DNA from: Bacteroidota bacterium
Lineage (GTDB): Bacteria > Bacteroidota > Bacteroidia > 2-12-FULL-35-15
Assembly (NCBI GenBank): GCA_023251835.1
Contig: JAHEXZ010000020.1
Location: 3,694-67,693, forward strand
Direction of reading: 5' to 3'
DNA: 64,000 nucleotides
Shown: piece after piece, positions 47,540 to 57,061 of the stretch
Numbering within the stretch: position 1 is the first letter of the stretch
How the letters are laid out: each line of letters opens with the position of its first letter
Translations under genes and position numbers: made by a program
Notes under the pieces: model-generated
The model's database searches: none
What the model saw: the letters and a program-made list of their open reading frames with translations, nothing else
Told to the model about the DNA's origin: nothing

Positions 47540-48964
47540 ATGGGGTTACGAACATTGTTTTTGCTTCTATTCTGTGCTATTACCTTATTTTCCTGCACAC
47601 CAGATGGTAGTTCAGATACTAAAAAATCTGATACAGAAAAAAATTCAACTATTGTAGAAGAAAGATTTAAGACCGGACAGGTTATTGAAAATGTTATTTG
47701 CAAAACCGATCCTTCACAAAATTATACGCTGTATTTGCCAAGCACGTATTTGGCAGAAAAAAAATTTCCGGTAATATATGCTTTTGACCCCCATGCTTCC
47801 GGAAAACTACCTGTAACACTTTATAAAGAATTGGCAGAGCAATATAATTACATTATTATTGGTTCTAATAATTCTAAAAATGGTAATTCCTGGGAAGAAT
47901 CCCAGACTATTGCTGCTAAATTATTTGCTGATGCCGGAAGCCGGCTTTCAATAGACCCACAGCGGATTTATTTACTGGGATTTTCTGGTGGAGCGCGTGT
48001 GGCTAACACTTTGACAATAGTTAATGGTGCTATTAATAGCGTTATCTGTTGTGGTGCTGCTGCTCCTGTTGCAAACAGTAGTAGTCCGCGTAACAACTAT
48101 TGCTTTATGGGAATAACAGGAAACGAAGATTTTAATTATATAGAAATGAAAAAGTATGACATGGTTGATCTTGCAGGGCATAATATTAAACATACTTTAA
48201 TTACATTCAGTGGTAAGCATGAATGGCCTTCTAAAGCTATTATGGATGAGGCTTTCTGGTGGTTAGAGTTGAATGAGATGAGAAAAAATAGTGCTTCAAA
48301 AAATGAAAAATTAATTGCAGAACACTTGCAGCCATTATCAGATAGATTAGCAGTCTACAATAAGAAAAAGCAGGTTGTTGAGGCGTACAACTTATGTCGT
48401 AAAATAATTAATTTTTATGATGGTATAACCGATCTGTCATCCTGTTATGAAACATATAAAACAATAAAATTATCTCCGGAAATAGATAAGGCATTAAAAC
48501 AGGAAGAAAGAGACTGGAGTGAAGAAGAAGCTCTAAAAAAGCAGTATATAAGTGCTTTCCAAACCCAAAATCTTGCCTGGTGGAATAAAGATATTGCAGC
48601 CTTGAACAAAAAAATTAAGACAGGAAAAGATACCAGTAAAGTATTAATTTATAAGCGTGTTCTTAGTTTTTTAAGTTTGGTGGCTTATATGCAGACAAGT
48701 GGTGCTTTAAAGCAAAATGCTTTTCCTGCTGCTGAGCTTTATAGTAAAATTTATTTATTGGTTGACCCTACAAATAGTGAAGCGCATTATCTGGCAGCCT
48801 CTGTTGAGGCCATAAAGGGAAATCAAAATGGGTCGTTATCTTTTTTAAAAAAAGCTATTGAAAATGGGTTTGAGGATAGTCTCCGTTTAAAAAATGACAC
48901 AATATTCAATGGCATACGCAATACAAAAGAATTTGATGAAATGATAAAGGGGATTGCTTACTAA
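47540..48964 (+). CDS. Alpha/beta-hydrolase (esterase/depolymerase-like) lipoprotein with helical C-terminal domain
   Basis: 474 aa with lipobox LFSC. YLPSTY...FPVIYAFDPH...IYLLGFSGGARVA contains the G-x-S-x-G nucleophile elbow. The C-terminus is TPR-like. Confidence 0.6.
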   Translation: MGLRTLFLLLFCAITLFSCTPDGSSDTKKSDTEKNSTIVEERFKTGQVIENVICKTDPSQNYTLYLPSTYLAEKKFPVIYAFDPHASGKLPVTLYKELAEQYNYIIIGSNNSKNGNSWEESQTIAAKLFADAGSRLSIDPQRIYLLGFSGGARVANTLTIVNGAINSVICCGAAAPVANSSSPRNNYCFMGITGNEDFNYIEMKKYDMVDLAGHNIKHTLITFSGKHEWPSKAIMDEAFWWLELNEMRKNSASKNEKLIAEHLQPLSDRLAVYNKKKQVVEAYNLCRKIINFYDGITDLSSCYETYKTIKLSPEIDKALKQEERDWSEEEALKKQYISAFQTQNLAWWNKDIAALNKKIKTGKDTSKVLIYKRVLSFLSLVAYMQTSGALKQNAFPAAELYSKIYLLVDPTNSEAHYLAASVEAIKGNQNGSLSFLKKAIENGFEDSLRLKNDTIFNGIRNTKEFDEMIKGIAY

Positions 48965-49229
48965 GTCATCAGTTATATAAGATATACTGAGCGATAACCA
49001 ATAGTTGACAGCCCAACAAACACTTTTAATTTTTTTGTAGAAAGATATACGCACATTACCACAATACCCCTATCTTTGATATTCGAAATCACCTGACTAC
49101 TTCAGGTATCTCTGTTTAAATTTAAAATATTTACAAAAAATTAAACTTTACAACTATGGCATTTGACATTGTATTGTTTAAGAATACGTTGTCGAATATC
49201 ATTACATCGTAGTAATTAATGCAAACGTG

Positions 49230-49691
49230 TTATTTATTTGGAAAAAATGTAAGAGGATTCACAATTGGAATCATTGCTCCTTCAATAGGAGTGCCCTGAG
49301 ATTTATCTATTAAAAAACCTCTGGTAGTGGAGATTAGAACACCAATAAAATTTGCAAAAACTATATTAGGAATTTTGCCCTCTGATTGTTTTATAATTTC
49401 AGTGAGATTAAAAACAATAAAAATACCATGCGAATTAATATAACCGACTTTATTTTTTTTTTCTAAATCCGAAAACATGTTAATGTTCAAATTTACATTA
49501 ATTTCATTTTTAGGCATGTTAACGCCCATGTTTACATTAAACTCATATTGGAAATGTTCTACATTAATTTTTGAATCTGTTATAACAGATTTTTCCAATT
49601 GAAAGTCTGAAAATTTAATTTCACCTATCTTGGTTTGAATATTTAATTCTTTTATTGGTTCAATTGGCATATCAGTTGGCTTGACATTCAT
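49230..49691 (-). CDS. SecB-like chaperone candidate (third gene of a toxin-antitoxin-chaperone-like operon)
   Basis: 153 aa, the same size as SecB. VGYINSHGIFIVFNLTE...IPNIVFANFIGVLISTTRGFL...AMIPIVNPLTFF parallels E. coli SecB FLCEVQQAGIFSIAGIE...[20 protein letters not shown]...LAPVNFDALF, recalled from memory. Overlaps the upstream gene by 20 nt (alternative ATG at 49670). Confidence 0.45.
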   Translation of the reverse strand: MNVKPTDMPIEPIKELNIQTKIGEIKFSDFQLEKSVITDSKINVEHFQYEFNVNMGVNMPKNEINVNLNINMFSDLEKKNKVGYINSHGIFIVFNLTEIIKQSEGKIPNIVFANFIGVLISTTRGFLIDKSQGTPIEGAMIPIVNPLTFFPNK

Positions 49692-50124
49692 TTAACTTAA
49701 CAGCAGTATCTTGTGCAACACTTACTGAAACTATCTCAACTTCAAATGTCTTTCCTTTTTTGACATCTGTATATCTAAACTTGTTCGTAATTGGATAAAC
49801 TAAAATTGATTGTTCCCCTTCTTCATGTTTAAGAAAAGTAATGTAAATTTCTTGTTTGGCTTCATCTGCTGTATAAATTAATGGTACACCCAGTACGGCT
49901 TCAATTTTACCAATGGTTTTAAATGTAAAATTATGAGTGCCTCTTAACCATTTACTGATTTCAGATTCCTTCTTACCAAGCTTATCAGCAAGGTCTTTTT
50001 GAGTGATTCCACCTTTGTCAAGTATGTCAGTAATCAGCGATGCAATAGCCATTGACCTCCGCACCATACTTTTAATTTCAGGTGATACCGTTTTGGCTCT
50101 TTCTCTAATGCTGTTTTTCTTCAT
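49672..50124 (-). CDS. XRE-family helix-turn-helix protein (antitoxin candidate) with about 70-aa C-terminal extension
   Basis: 150 aa. ITQKDLADKLGKKESEISKWLRGTHNFTFKTIGKIEAVLG is a canonical XRE HTH. Confidence 0.8.
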   Translation of the reverse strand: MKKNSIRERAKTVSPEIKSMVRRSMAIASLITDILDKGGITQKDLADKLGKKESEISKWLRGTHNFTFKTIGKIEAVLGVPLIYTADEAKQEIYITFLKHEEGEQSILVYPITNKFRYTDVKKGKTFEVEIVSVSVAQDTAVKLNECQAN

Positions 50125-50136
50125 AATTTGTTTGTT

Positions 50137-50607
50137 TTATTCAGTTTCAATTGTAAATTCAAGATTCCCGAACAACTCACAATTGTATATATTTACTCCT
50201 TCGTCAAGCCTGCTTTGTAAATGCCTTACTACTTGATTAAGTACATCCCCGATTGGTTTTAAAAGTGGATTATTTTGCCATGAACCATCTGTTTTTTTAT
50301 CTCCATTTCCGATAATACAAATGCAATCACTTATTCGCAAACTGAAATGACGGAGTTTACCTCCGTCCAAAGGTAAAGCTTGTAATTTGCCTCCTTCTGG
50401 TCGGAAATATCTTTCCAATGCTCCTTTTTCAGAAATGATATTTAGCCATTCAATGATAATTTCAAAGTCTTTGTTGTATTCAGGAGTGCCATCAAATTTT
50501 TGACAAAATTTATCGTATTCGTTTTCCTGTTCATCAGTGAATCGCACTGTGTAGAAGGTAACGGCATCATATTTTTCAAATAATTCTATTATTATTCTGC
50601 GATTCAC
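50137..50607 (-). CDS. Toxin candidate (RelE/HigB-like conserved Bacteroidota family)
   Basis: 156 aa. ALERYFRPEGGKLQALPLDGGKLRHFSLRISDCICIIGNGDKKT matches a family I recall upstream of XRE genes (..ALERYFRPEG..LRLYCLRLSD.ILILGNGG.K). 12 nt upstream of the HTH gene. Confidence 0.4.
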   Translation of the reverse strand: MNRRIIIELFEKYDAVTFYTVRFTDEQENEYDKFCQKFDGTPEYNKDFEIIIEWLNIISEKGALERYFRPEGGKLQALPLDGGKLRHFSLRISDCICIIGNGDKKTDGSWQNNPLLKPIGDVLNQVVRHLQSRLDEGVNIYNCELFGNLEFTIETE

Positions 50608-50642
50608 TTATAAGTTAAGTTTCAAAATTAGTCAAATTTTAA

Positions 50643-51157
50643 TCAAATCCAAATACTTTTTGTCAAGGACTCGGTAAAAATAGCTAAATAAGCATAAATA
50701 ATAGTTGAAATTGGTGTATTATTTTCCCACGATTCAATATATATCATGGAAAGATTGTTATCAAATAGAAGGTTAAGTGTTCTGTTATTTTTAGTCGTTA
50801 TTATTAAAGAAGCCGAATGAGAATGGCTATATTTTTTATTGACTTTTTCGCCACTTGAGGAAAACAGTTTTACAGGTACAGTAGGAGCATTGGACGCAAG
50901 TTTTTTCAAATTAGTTTTCAGAAAATTGCAATGGTCTTTACCAACTTTTTAAAAAAATCCGTCAAAATATGATTTTGCAAGATAAATAACGGCTCCTGTT
51001 GGAATTAACCATTCATCGAAGCAAACATTTCAGGTTCCCTTGCTTCCACTTGAACGTTTAAACCGCTTGTTTCCAATTCCTTTTTAATTTCTTCCAACCA
51101 ATGTCAGGAAATTGCTCCAAATAAGAGATACATACATGTGCTTCTTTATTATTCATT
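50643..51157 (-). pseudogene. Disrupted gene of unknown function (two frameshifts plus one in-frame stop)
   Basis: My minus-strand translation gives three collinear pieces: MNNKEAHVCISYLEQFPD / LEEIKKELETSGLNVQVEAREPEMFASMN / EWLIPTGAVIYLAKSYFDGFF*KVGKDHCNFLKTNLKKLASNAP...SIWI. Only the last 88 codons are in the ORF track. Confidence 0.35.
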
Positions 51158-51367
51158 GTAGATGTTTTATGTGTAAAAAAATAATTTTCCAGCGAAAAAC
51201 TCCTCCTGATCCCATTCTAATTTTGTAATTTTGAGCCTCGAAAATGAGAATAAAAAGAGTGATGGATTTTACGGATAAAATAATTCGCCAGAAATTCGCC
51301 ACAAAAACACTAAAAAAGCCCATTTTTGAAAAACTAACTAATTAATAACCAATTAAATAATATATAT

Positions 51368-53635
51368 ATGGCATTTGACATTGAAATGATTCAGGAGCTT
51401 TATGATAAATTACCTGGGAAGGTAGAAGCTGCACGTAAATTATTGAACCGTCCGTTAACGCTAACAGAAAAAATTTTATATGCTCATCTTTCGGAGAAGC
51501 TACCTGTTAAACCTTTTGAGCGTCAGAAATCATATGTTGACTTTAATCCTGATCGTGTTGCAATGCAGGATGCAACAGCACAAATGGCTTTGCTGCAATT
51601 TATGCAGGCAGGCAGGCCTAAAGTGGCTGTGCCTTCCACTGTTCATTGCGACCATCTCATCCAGGCAAAAACAGGGGCAGCTGAGGATTTAATCGTAGCT
51701 CTTGATAAAAATAAAGAAGTGTATGATTTTCTTGCTTCCGTTTCCAACAAATATGGAATTGGCTTCTGGAAACCGGGAGCAGGTATTATACACCAGGTAT
51801 TATTGGAAAACTATGCTTTTCCGGGAGGTATGATGATTGGTACCGACTCTCATACTGTAAATGCTGGTGGTCTTGGAATGATTGCTATTGGCGTTGGAGG
51901 AGCAGATGCTTGTGATGTGATGGCAGGTTTGCCATGGGAATTAAAATTTCCTAAATTGATTGGAGTAAAGTTAACTGGTAAATTAAATGGCTGGACTTCG
52001 GCAAAAGATATTATCCTGAAAGTTGCTGGTATACTCACCGTAAAAGGCGGAACAAATGCTATTCTTGAATATTTCGGTACTGGGGCTGATTCATTGTCAT
52101 GTACTGGTAAAGGCACCATTTGTAATATGGGTGCAGAAATTGGTGCAACTACTTCCGTATTCTGTTATGACTCAAAAATGGCAGATTATCTTAAAGGAAC
52201 AAGCAGAGCCGATATAGCTGCTGCTGCTGACAAAGTTGCAGTTCACTTACGTGGCGATAAAGAAGTGTATGAATCTCCTGCTGCCTACTTTGATGAAGTA
52301 ATTGAAATCAACCTCTCGGAATTAGAACCTCATATCAATGGGCCATTTACCCCGGATCTGGCATGGCCACTTTCTAAGTTTGCTCAAGCTATAAAAGAAA
52401 ACGGATGGCCAGCTAAATTGGACGTAGGTTTAATTGGCTCCTGCACCAACTCTTCTTATGAAGATATTACCAGGGCAGCGTCCGTTGCCAAACAGGCTGT
52501 GGATTCCGGAATTAAAGCCGTTTCAGAATATACAATTACTCCAGGTTCGGAGTTGGTACGTTATACAGTAGAACGTGATGGTTACCTGAGCACATTTGAA
52601 AAAATGGGAGGTGTTGTACTGGCTAATGCATGTGGACCATGTATAGGGCAATGGGCACGCCATACCAATGATCCTAACAAAAAAAATTCTATTATCACTT
52701 CATTTAACAGGAACTTTGCAAAACGTAATGATGGCAATCCAAATACACATGCATTTGTGGCCTCTCCTGAAATAGTTACTGCTCTTGCTATTGCAGGCGA
52801 CCTCACCTTTAACCCTGTAACAGATTATCTTACCGGCCCTAAAGGGGAAAAGATAAAGCTACAGGAGCCAAAAGGTATTGAGCTGCCTGTAAAAGGTTTT
52901 GCCGTGGAGGATGCCGGCTATCAGGCTCCTGCAAAAGATGGCAGTACTGTAAACATTATTGTATCTCCTGCTTCAGACCGTCTGCAGCTATTAGACCCTT
53001 TTGCTGCCTGGGAAGGAATTGATTTAAAAAATTTAAGGCTGCTCATTAAAGCAAAAGGTAAATGCACTACCGATCACATTTCGATGGCAGGGCCATGGTT
53101 GAAGTATCGCGGCCACTTGGACAATATCTCTAACAACATGTTAATCGGTGCGGTGAATTATTTCAATGATAAAACCGACCATGTTAAAAATCAACTAACT
53201 GGTGAATATGCTTCTGTCCCTGCAGTACAACGTACGTATAAAGCTAAAAGTATTGGTTCAATAGTGGTAGGTGATGAAAATTATGGCGAAGGTTCATCAC
53301 GTGAACATGCTGCTATGGAGCCTCGTTTTCTTGGCGTACGCGCTGTATTGGTAAAATCATTTGCCCGTATTCATGAAACAAATCTGAAAAAACAGGGAAT
53401 GTTGGCATTAACCTTTGCTTATAAGGTTGACTATGATAAAGTTCAGGAAGATGATGTAATTGATATTATAGGCTTAACCTCATTTACTCCGAATGTTCCG
53501 TTAACAATAGTATTGCAACATGCTAACGGAAGCAAAGATGAAATCAAAGTAAATCATACTTACAATGAGCAACAAATTGAGTGGTTCAAAGCGGGAGGAG
53601 CCTTGAATATTATAAGAGCAAATGTGAAAGCGTAA
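51368..53635 (+). CDS. acnA: Aconitate hydratase (about 755-aa mitochondrial-type)
   Basis: MAFDIEMI... N-terminus typical of Bacteroidota aconitases. Motifs [35 protein letters not shown] and [13 protein letters not shown]. Confidence 0.95.
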   Translation: MAFDIEMIQELYDKLPGKVEAARKLLNRPLTLTEKILYAHLSEKLPVKPFERQKSYVDFNPDRVAMQDATAQMALLQFMQAGRPKVAVPSTVHCDHLIQAKTGAAEDLIVALDKNKEVYDFLASVSNKYGIGFWKPGAGIIHQVLLENYAFPGGMMIGTDSHTVNAGGLGMIAIGVGGADACDVMAGLPWELKFPKLIGVKLTGKLNGWTSAKDIILKVAGILTVKGGTNAILEYFGTGADSLSCTGKGTICNMGAEIGATTSVFCYDSKMADYLKGTSRADIAAAADKVAVHLRGDKEVYESPAAYFDEVIEINLSELEPHINGPFTPDLAWPLSKFAQAIKENGWPAKLDVGLIGSCTNSSYEDITRAASVAKQAVDSGIKAVSEYTITPGSELVRYTVERDGYLSTFEKMGGVVLANACGPCIGQWARHTNDPNKKNSIITSFNRNFAKRNDGNPNTHAFVASPEIVTALAIAGDLTFNPVTDYLTGPKGEKIKLQEPKGIELPVKGFAVEDAGYQAPAKDGSTVNIIVSPASDRLQLLDPFAAWEGIDLKNLRLLIKAKGKCTTDHISMAGPWLKYRGHLDNISNNMLIGAVNYFNDKTDHVKNQLTGEYASVPAVQRTYKAKSIGSIVVGDENYGEGSSREHAAMEPRFLGVRAVLVKSFARIHETNLKKQGMLALTFAYKVDYDKVQEDDVIDIIGLTSFTPNVPLTIVLQHANGSKDEIKVNHTYNEQQIEWFKAGGALNIIRANVKA

Positions 53636-53649
53636 GCCGAACCAAAATA

Positions 53650-53847
53650 ATGTATAAACTAAACAAAAACGTATTTAAAGCGCATTCTGCTGAACAGGCA
53701 GTAGATCATGCTTCTTATTATAGAAAATTAACGTGGCAGGAGCGTTTAAAAATTACTATATATTTAAATAGTATTGCTTTTCGTTTAGTTGGTAAACCTG
53801 AACCCAGGCTGGACAGAACCGCCTTTAGTGTCAGGGCAAGAGATTAG
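53650..53847 (+). CDS. Small conserved protein paired with the downstream nucleotidyltransferase
   Basis: 65 aa from ATG 53650 (MYKLNKNVFKAHSAEQAV...). The track ORF from 53581 overlaps the aconitase 3' end. Its stop TAG abuts the next ATG (53848). Confidence 0.5.
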   Translation: MYKLNKNVFKAHSAEQAVDHASYYRKLTWQERLKITIYLNSIAFRLVGKPEPRLDRTAFSVRARD

Positions 53848-54312
53848 ATGGGAAATATATTTTACCAGGATTTCAGGGACTTTCTGCAACTATTAAATGA
53901 TAATCAGGTTGATTATGTTTTAATAGGCGGTTATTCTGTTATATTCCATGGATATTCCCGGACAACTGGCGATATGGATATCTGGGTAAAAAGAGATACC
54001 GAGAATTATCAAAAGTTAAGAAAAACGTTCTTTCAATTTGGCATGGCGCTGTTTGATATGACCGAAGATAATTTTCTGAATCATCCTATCTGGGATGTTT
54101 TCTCTTTTGGTATTCCTCCTGTATGTATTGATATAATGGTTAAAGTAAAAGGTTTATCCTTTGAATCATGTTATCAGGAAGCTGAATTTTTTGATGATGA
54201 TGGTCTGAAAATAAGGGTAATAAGCTATAATCACCTGATCCGGGCAAAAGAAGAATCAAACCGGCCTAAAGATATTGATGATATTACTAACCTGGAAAAT
54301 AAAAAAAATTAA
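53848..54312 (+). CDS. Minimal nucleotidyltransferase-fold protein
   Basis: 154 aa. VDYVLIGGYSVIFHGYSRTTGDMDIWV is the G-G...G.x.R.T.D.D NTase signature, followed by RPKDIDDI. Confidence 0.65.
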   Translation: MGNIFYQDFRDFLQLLNDNQVDYVLIGGYSVIFHGYSRTTGDMDIWVKRDTENYQKLRKTFFQFGMALFDMTEDNFLNHPIWDVFSFGIPPVCIDIMVKVKGLSFESCYQEAEFFDDDGLKIRVISYNHLIRAKEESNRPKDIDDITNLENKKN

Positions 54313-54495
54313 TTTTTTTAAAAACCTAAAATGTATGTATCAATGCGAATTAATGATGGCCTCAAACGTTTAAAAACGTTATTGCTTCCAATTTCAACTT
54401 AATATGAGATTGCTTCAGAATGCTCATCCCGGCAATGGCCGGGTTAACTGTATTACCAGCTGTACTGAAACCTTTATTTATTTTGGAGAATTGAG

Positions 54496-54771
54496 TTATA
54501 ATACTATCAGCCCCTCAATATCTTCCATTTCTTTATATTTATTTATAATAGCATCTGCATTCAGCATAACTTCTTTAATTGTAATGCTAAAATAGTTACC
54601 ATTCGAGGATCCTTTATGAGTAATAATGGCCTCATCCGAGAACTTAGATTCCACCAATGCTATTTTATGATTATCTGCCGGTATGATAAACTTAAACATA
54701 TACACCATCGGCCAACCATTTTCTTTGTTTAAAAGTTCACGAAGTTTGTCAAATTGTTCGTTGTTATACAT
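54496..54771 (-). CDS. DUF493 (YbeD-like) family protein
   Basis: 91 aa. WPMVYMFKFIIPADN...SSNGNYFSITI fits the DUF493 pattern. Confidence 0.65.
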   Translation of the reverse strand: MYNNEQFDKLRELLNKENGWPMVYMFKFIIPADNHKIALVESKFSDEAIITHKGSSNGNYFSITIKEVMLNADAIINKYKEMEDIEGLIVL

Positions 54772-54833
54772 AACTACAAAGATAATTTTTTCATCCGTTT
54801 TAGTTTTATTAATTTTGTCAACAATATAGTGTT

Positions 54834-55040
54834 ATGGATAAATTTAAAATAAAAGGCACTTACATCCAGCTAAATCAGCTACTAAAATCGATGACCTGGA
54901 GTAGTAATGGTGCAGAAGCAAATGCCATCATTGACGAAGGATTGGTAAAAGTAAACGGTAAAACAGAATATCGTAAACGCAATAAACTAATACCTGGCGA
55001 TTGTATAGAATATAACCAGTGGCGTGTAATAATAGAATGA
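54834..55040 (+). CDS. S4-domain RNA-binding protein (YbcJ-like)
   Basis: 68 aa. IQLNQLLK....SNGAEANAIIDEGLVKVNGKTEYRKRNKLIPGD. Confidence 0.7.
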   Translation: MDKFKIKGTYIQLNQLLKSMTWSSNGAEANAIIDEGLVKVNGKTEYRKRNKLIPGDCIEYNQWRVIIE

Positions 55041-55091
55041 AGAAGAAAAAATAATACTCAACGGTATCTGTAATTTTTATTTTTTAGCTCA

Positions 55092-56867
55092 ATGAAAGAG
55101 AAAAAAAACTCGGCTCCCAAACAAAATAAAAAACAAACAAAAGTACAGCGCAAGTCCATTAACAGGCTGTTACTGCTGCCCCTTATTATTATTATAGCAA
55201 TTGTTTACACAAAATCGCTTAACAACCAGTTTATAAATACATGGGATGATCATGGTTATGTTTCTGAAAACCCCGACATACGTACATTACATGGTGATAG
55301 TGTTGACTATACGCTGAAGAAAACATTCAGTAGTTATGTGCTGGGAAATTATCATCCAATTACCATGCTCAGTTATTGTATTGAATATAGCAAATATGGA
55401 AATAATCCCAAACCTTACCATGTTACAAATCTTGTAATCCACATTCTAAATACGCTGCTCGTTTTTTTCTTTATCTGGCTATTGACTGGCCAACAATGGG
55501 TAGCATTTATCACAGCACTGCTCTTTGGCATACATCCAATGCATGTTGAGTCAGTCTCATGGATTTCTGAACGAAAGGATGTGCTGTATACATTTTTCTC
55601 ATTAAGTGCATTATGTACTTATATTTTCTACCTTAAAGAGGAAAGGCGGAAACGTTTATTTTATATGTTAACGGTATTGCTTTTTATTTTAGCACTTTTA
55701 TCAAAAGCAATGGCTGTGAGCATTGCCATTGTATTCTTTGCAATTGATTATTTCCTTGGTCGGAAAATAAATTTAAAAGTTATACTGGAAAAAGTGCCCT
55801 TTTTAGTTATGTCCCTCATCTTTGGTATTGTTGCTATTGATGCACAACATTCGGCTAAAGCCTTAGAAGGAATAGTAAACTATGGTTTTGGCGACAGAAT
55901 TTTATTCAGTTGTTATGGACTGATGACTTATTTGTGGAAGTTGATAATACCGATTAAGATGTCCAGTTTTTACAGTTATCCCATAAAAGGAGAAAACGGA
56001 TTTTATCCTATCGCTTTCTCTATCGCTCCTTTTATATTACTCATTCTTGGATTCCTGGTATTCAAATCATTAAAATATGGAAAAGACGTACTATTTGGTT
56101 TTGGTTTTTTCTTAATTACAATAGCATTGGTTTTACAAATACTTCCTGTAGGTGATGCTATCATTTCCGAACGTTTTACTTACATACCTTACATTGGAAT
56201 ATTCTTTATCCTGGCACGTTGGATAAATAATATTATAGAAAATAAATATGAAAAATCCAAATCATTAAAAATACCAGCAGTTATAGCTTTAGTAATCTTT
56301 TCTATTGTTTGCAGCTACCTTACTATTGAACGTTCCATGGTTTGGCACGATAATATTTCACTATGGGGTGATGTTATCAAAAAAAATGATAAAACCTCCA
56401 AAGCATTTAACAACAGAGGGCTTAGCTATTTTGAAAACAAACAATACGATAAAGCTTTGTCTGACTTTAACCGCACCATACAGTTGAATGATGATTATAC
56501 GGATGCCCATTATAACAGAGGTGTTGTTTATTTTTCTCTTAAAAAATACAATGAGGCGCTGGAAGATTATAACATTGCATTAAAACAAAATCCAAAATTT
56601 GTTAAAGCATACAACAACCGGGGAAACATTTATCATTTAATAGGAAAATACAATGAGGCTATAGAAGATTATAATGCGGCATTACAACACAATCCTAAGT
56701 TCGGGAAAGCCTATTGCGACAGGGCTGGTACATATTTCACTATTCAGGAATATCAGGCAGCGTTGGAAGATGTAACAACAGCTCAACAATTAGGTTATAA
56801 GGTTGACCCACGTTTTATTGAAGCTATACAGGCCGGGATTAAAAGTACATCACAAAAAACCCAATGA
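55092..56867 (+). CDS. Polytopic membrane glycosyltransferase-like (GT39/TMTC-like) protein with C-terminal TPR repeats
   Basis: 591 aa with about 10 TM helices (WDDHGYV..N..I; HPMHVESVSWISERKD), then four TPR units (AFNNRGLSYFENKQYDKALSDFNRTIQLNDDY...). Confidence 0.7.
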   Translation: MKEKKNSAPKQNKKQTKVQRKSINRLLLLPLIIIIAIVYTKSLNNQFINTWDDHGYVSENPDIRTLHGDSVDYTLKKTFSSYVLGNYHPITMLSYCIEYSKYGNNPKPYHVTNLVIHILNTLLVFFFIWLLTGQQWVAFITALLFGIHPMHVESVSWISERKDVLYTFFSLSALCTYIFYLKEERRKRLFYMLTVLLFILALLSKAMAVSIAIVFFAIDYFLGRKINLKVILEKVPFLVMSLIFGIVAIDAQHSAKALEGIVNYGFGDRILFSCYGLMTYLWKLIIPIKMSSFYSYPIKGENGFYPIAFSIAPFILLILGFLVFKSLKYGKDVLFGFGFFLITIALVLQILPVGDAIISERFTYIPYIGIFFILARWINNIIENKYEKSKSLKIPAVIALVIFSIVCSYLTIERSMVWHDNISLWGDVIKKNDKTSKAFNNRGLSYFENKQYDKALSDFNRTIQLNDDYTDAHYNRGVVYFSLKKYNEALEDYNIALKQNPKFVKAYNNRGNIYHLIGKYNEAIEDYNAALQHNPKFGKAYCDRAGTYFTIQEYQAALEDVTTAQQLGYKVDPRFIEAIQAGIKSTSQKTQ

Positions 56868-56875
56868 TGCAAATC

Positions 56876-57061
56876 TTAAAAAACATCCTGCCACCATTCG
56901 CGCAATGCCGCTTTGCCCGCAACAAAACCATTTGTTTCAGGTTTCCGTATTCTAAGTTTAGGGCTGTAATGTATAGCATCCTCATGATACAATGCAAGGA
57001 GTTTATCTAAATTGTGCTCATTAAATGCCTCAAACCATTTTAATGCGATAGTTTCCATCAT
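56876..57061 (-). CDS. Truncated SnoaL/NTF2-like protein (only about 60 aa)
   Basis: From MMETIALKWFEAFNEHNLDKLLALYHEDAIHYSP...GKAALREWWQDVF*. This is the N-terminal half of an NTF2-like fold; family members are usually about 120-130 aa. Confidence 0.45.
   Translation of the reverse strand: MMETIALKWFEAFNEHNLDKLLALYHEDAIHYSPKLRIRKPETNGFVAGKAALREWWQDVF

Noticed and set aside
46452-48994. 15-nt direct repeat agatatactgagcga at 46452-46466 and 48980-48994, flanking the GT2 and esterase genes and suggesting a two-gene cassette
   Set aside because: A 15-mer in AT-rich DNA is within chance expectation for a 64-kb window. Both copies contain ctgagcga, which may simply be decayed cores of the repeat family. 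There are no other mobility signatures.
48965-51367. Possible prophage or integrative conjugative element
   Set aside because: There is no integrase, recombinase, or structural or conjugation gene. Only a 2.2-kb islet with a TA-like operon and a decayed ORF is present, so it is reported as an islet bounded by a short direct repeat.
54428-54443. GC hairpin cccggc-aatg-gccggg downstream of the DUF493 gene as an intrinsic terminator
   Set aside because: The stem is only 6 bp and no T-tract follows on either strand. The support is too weak to call.
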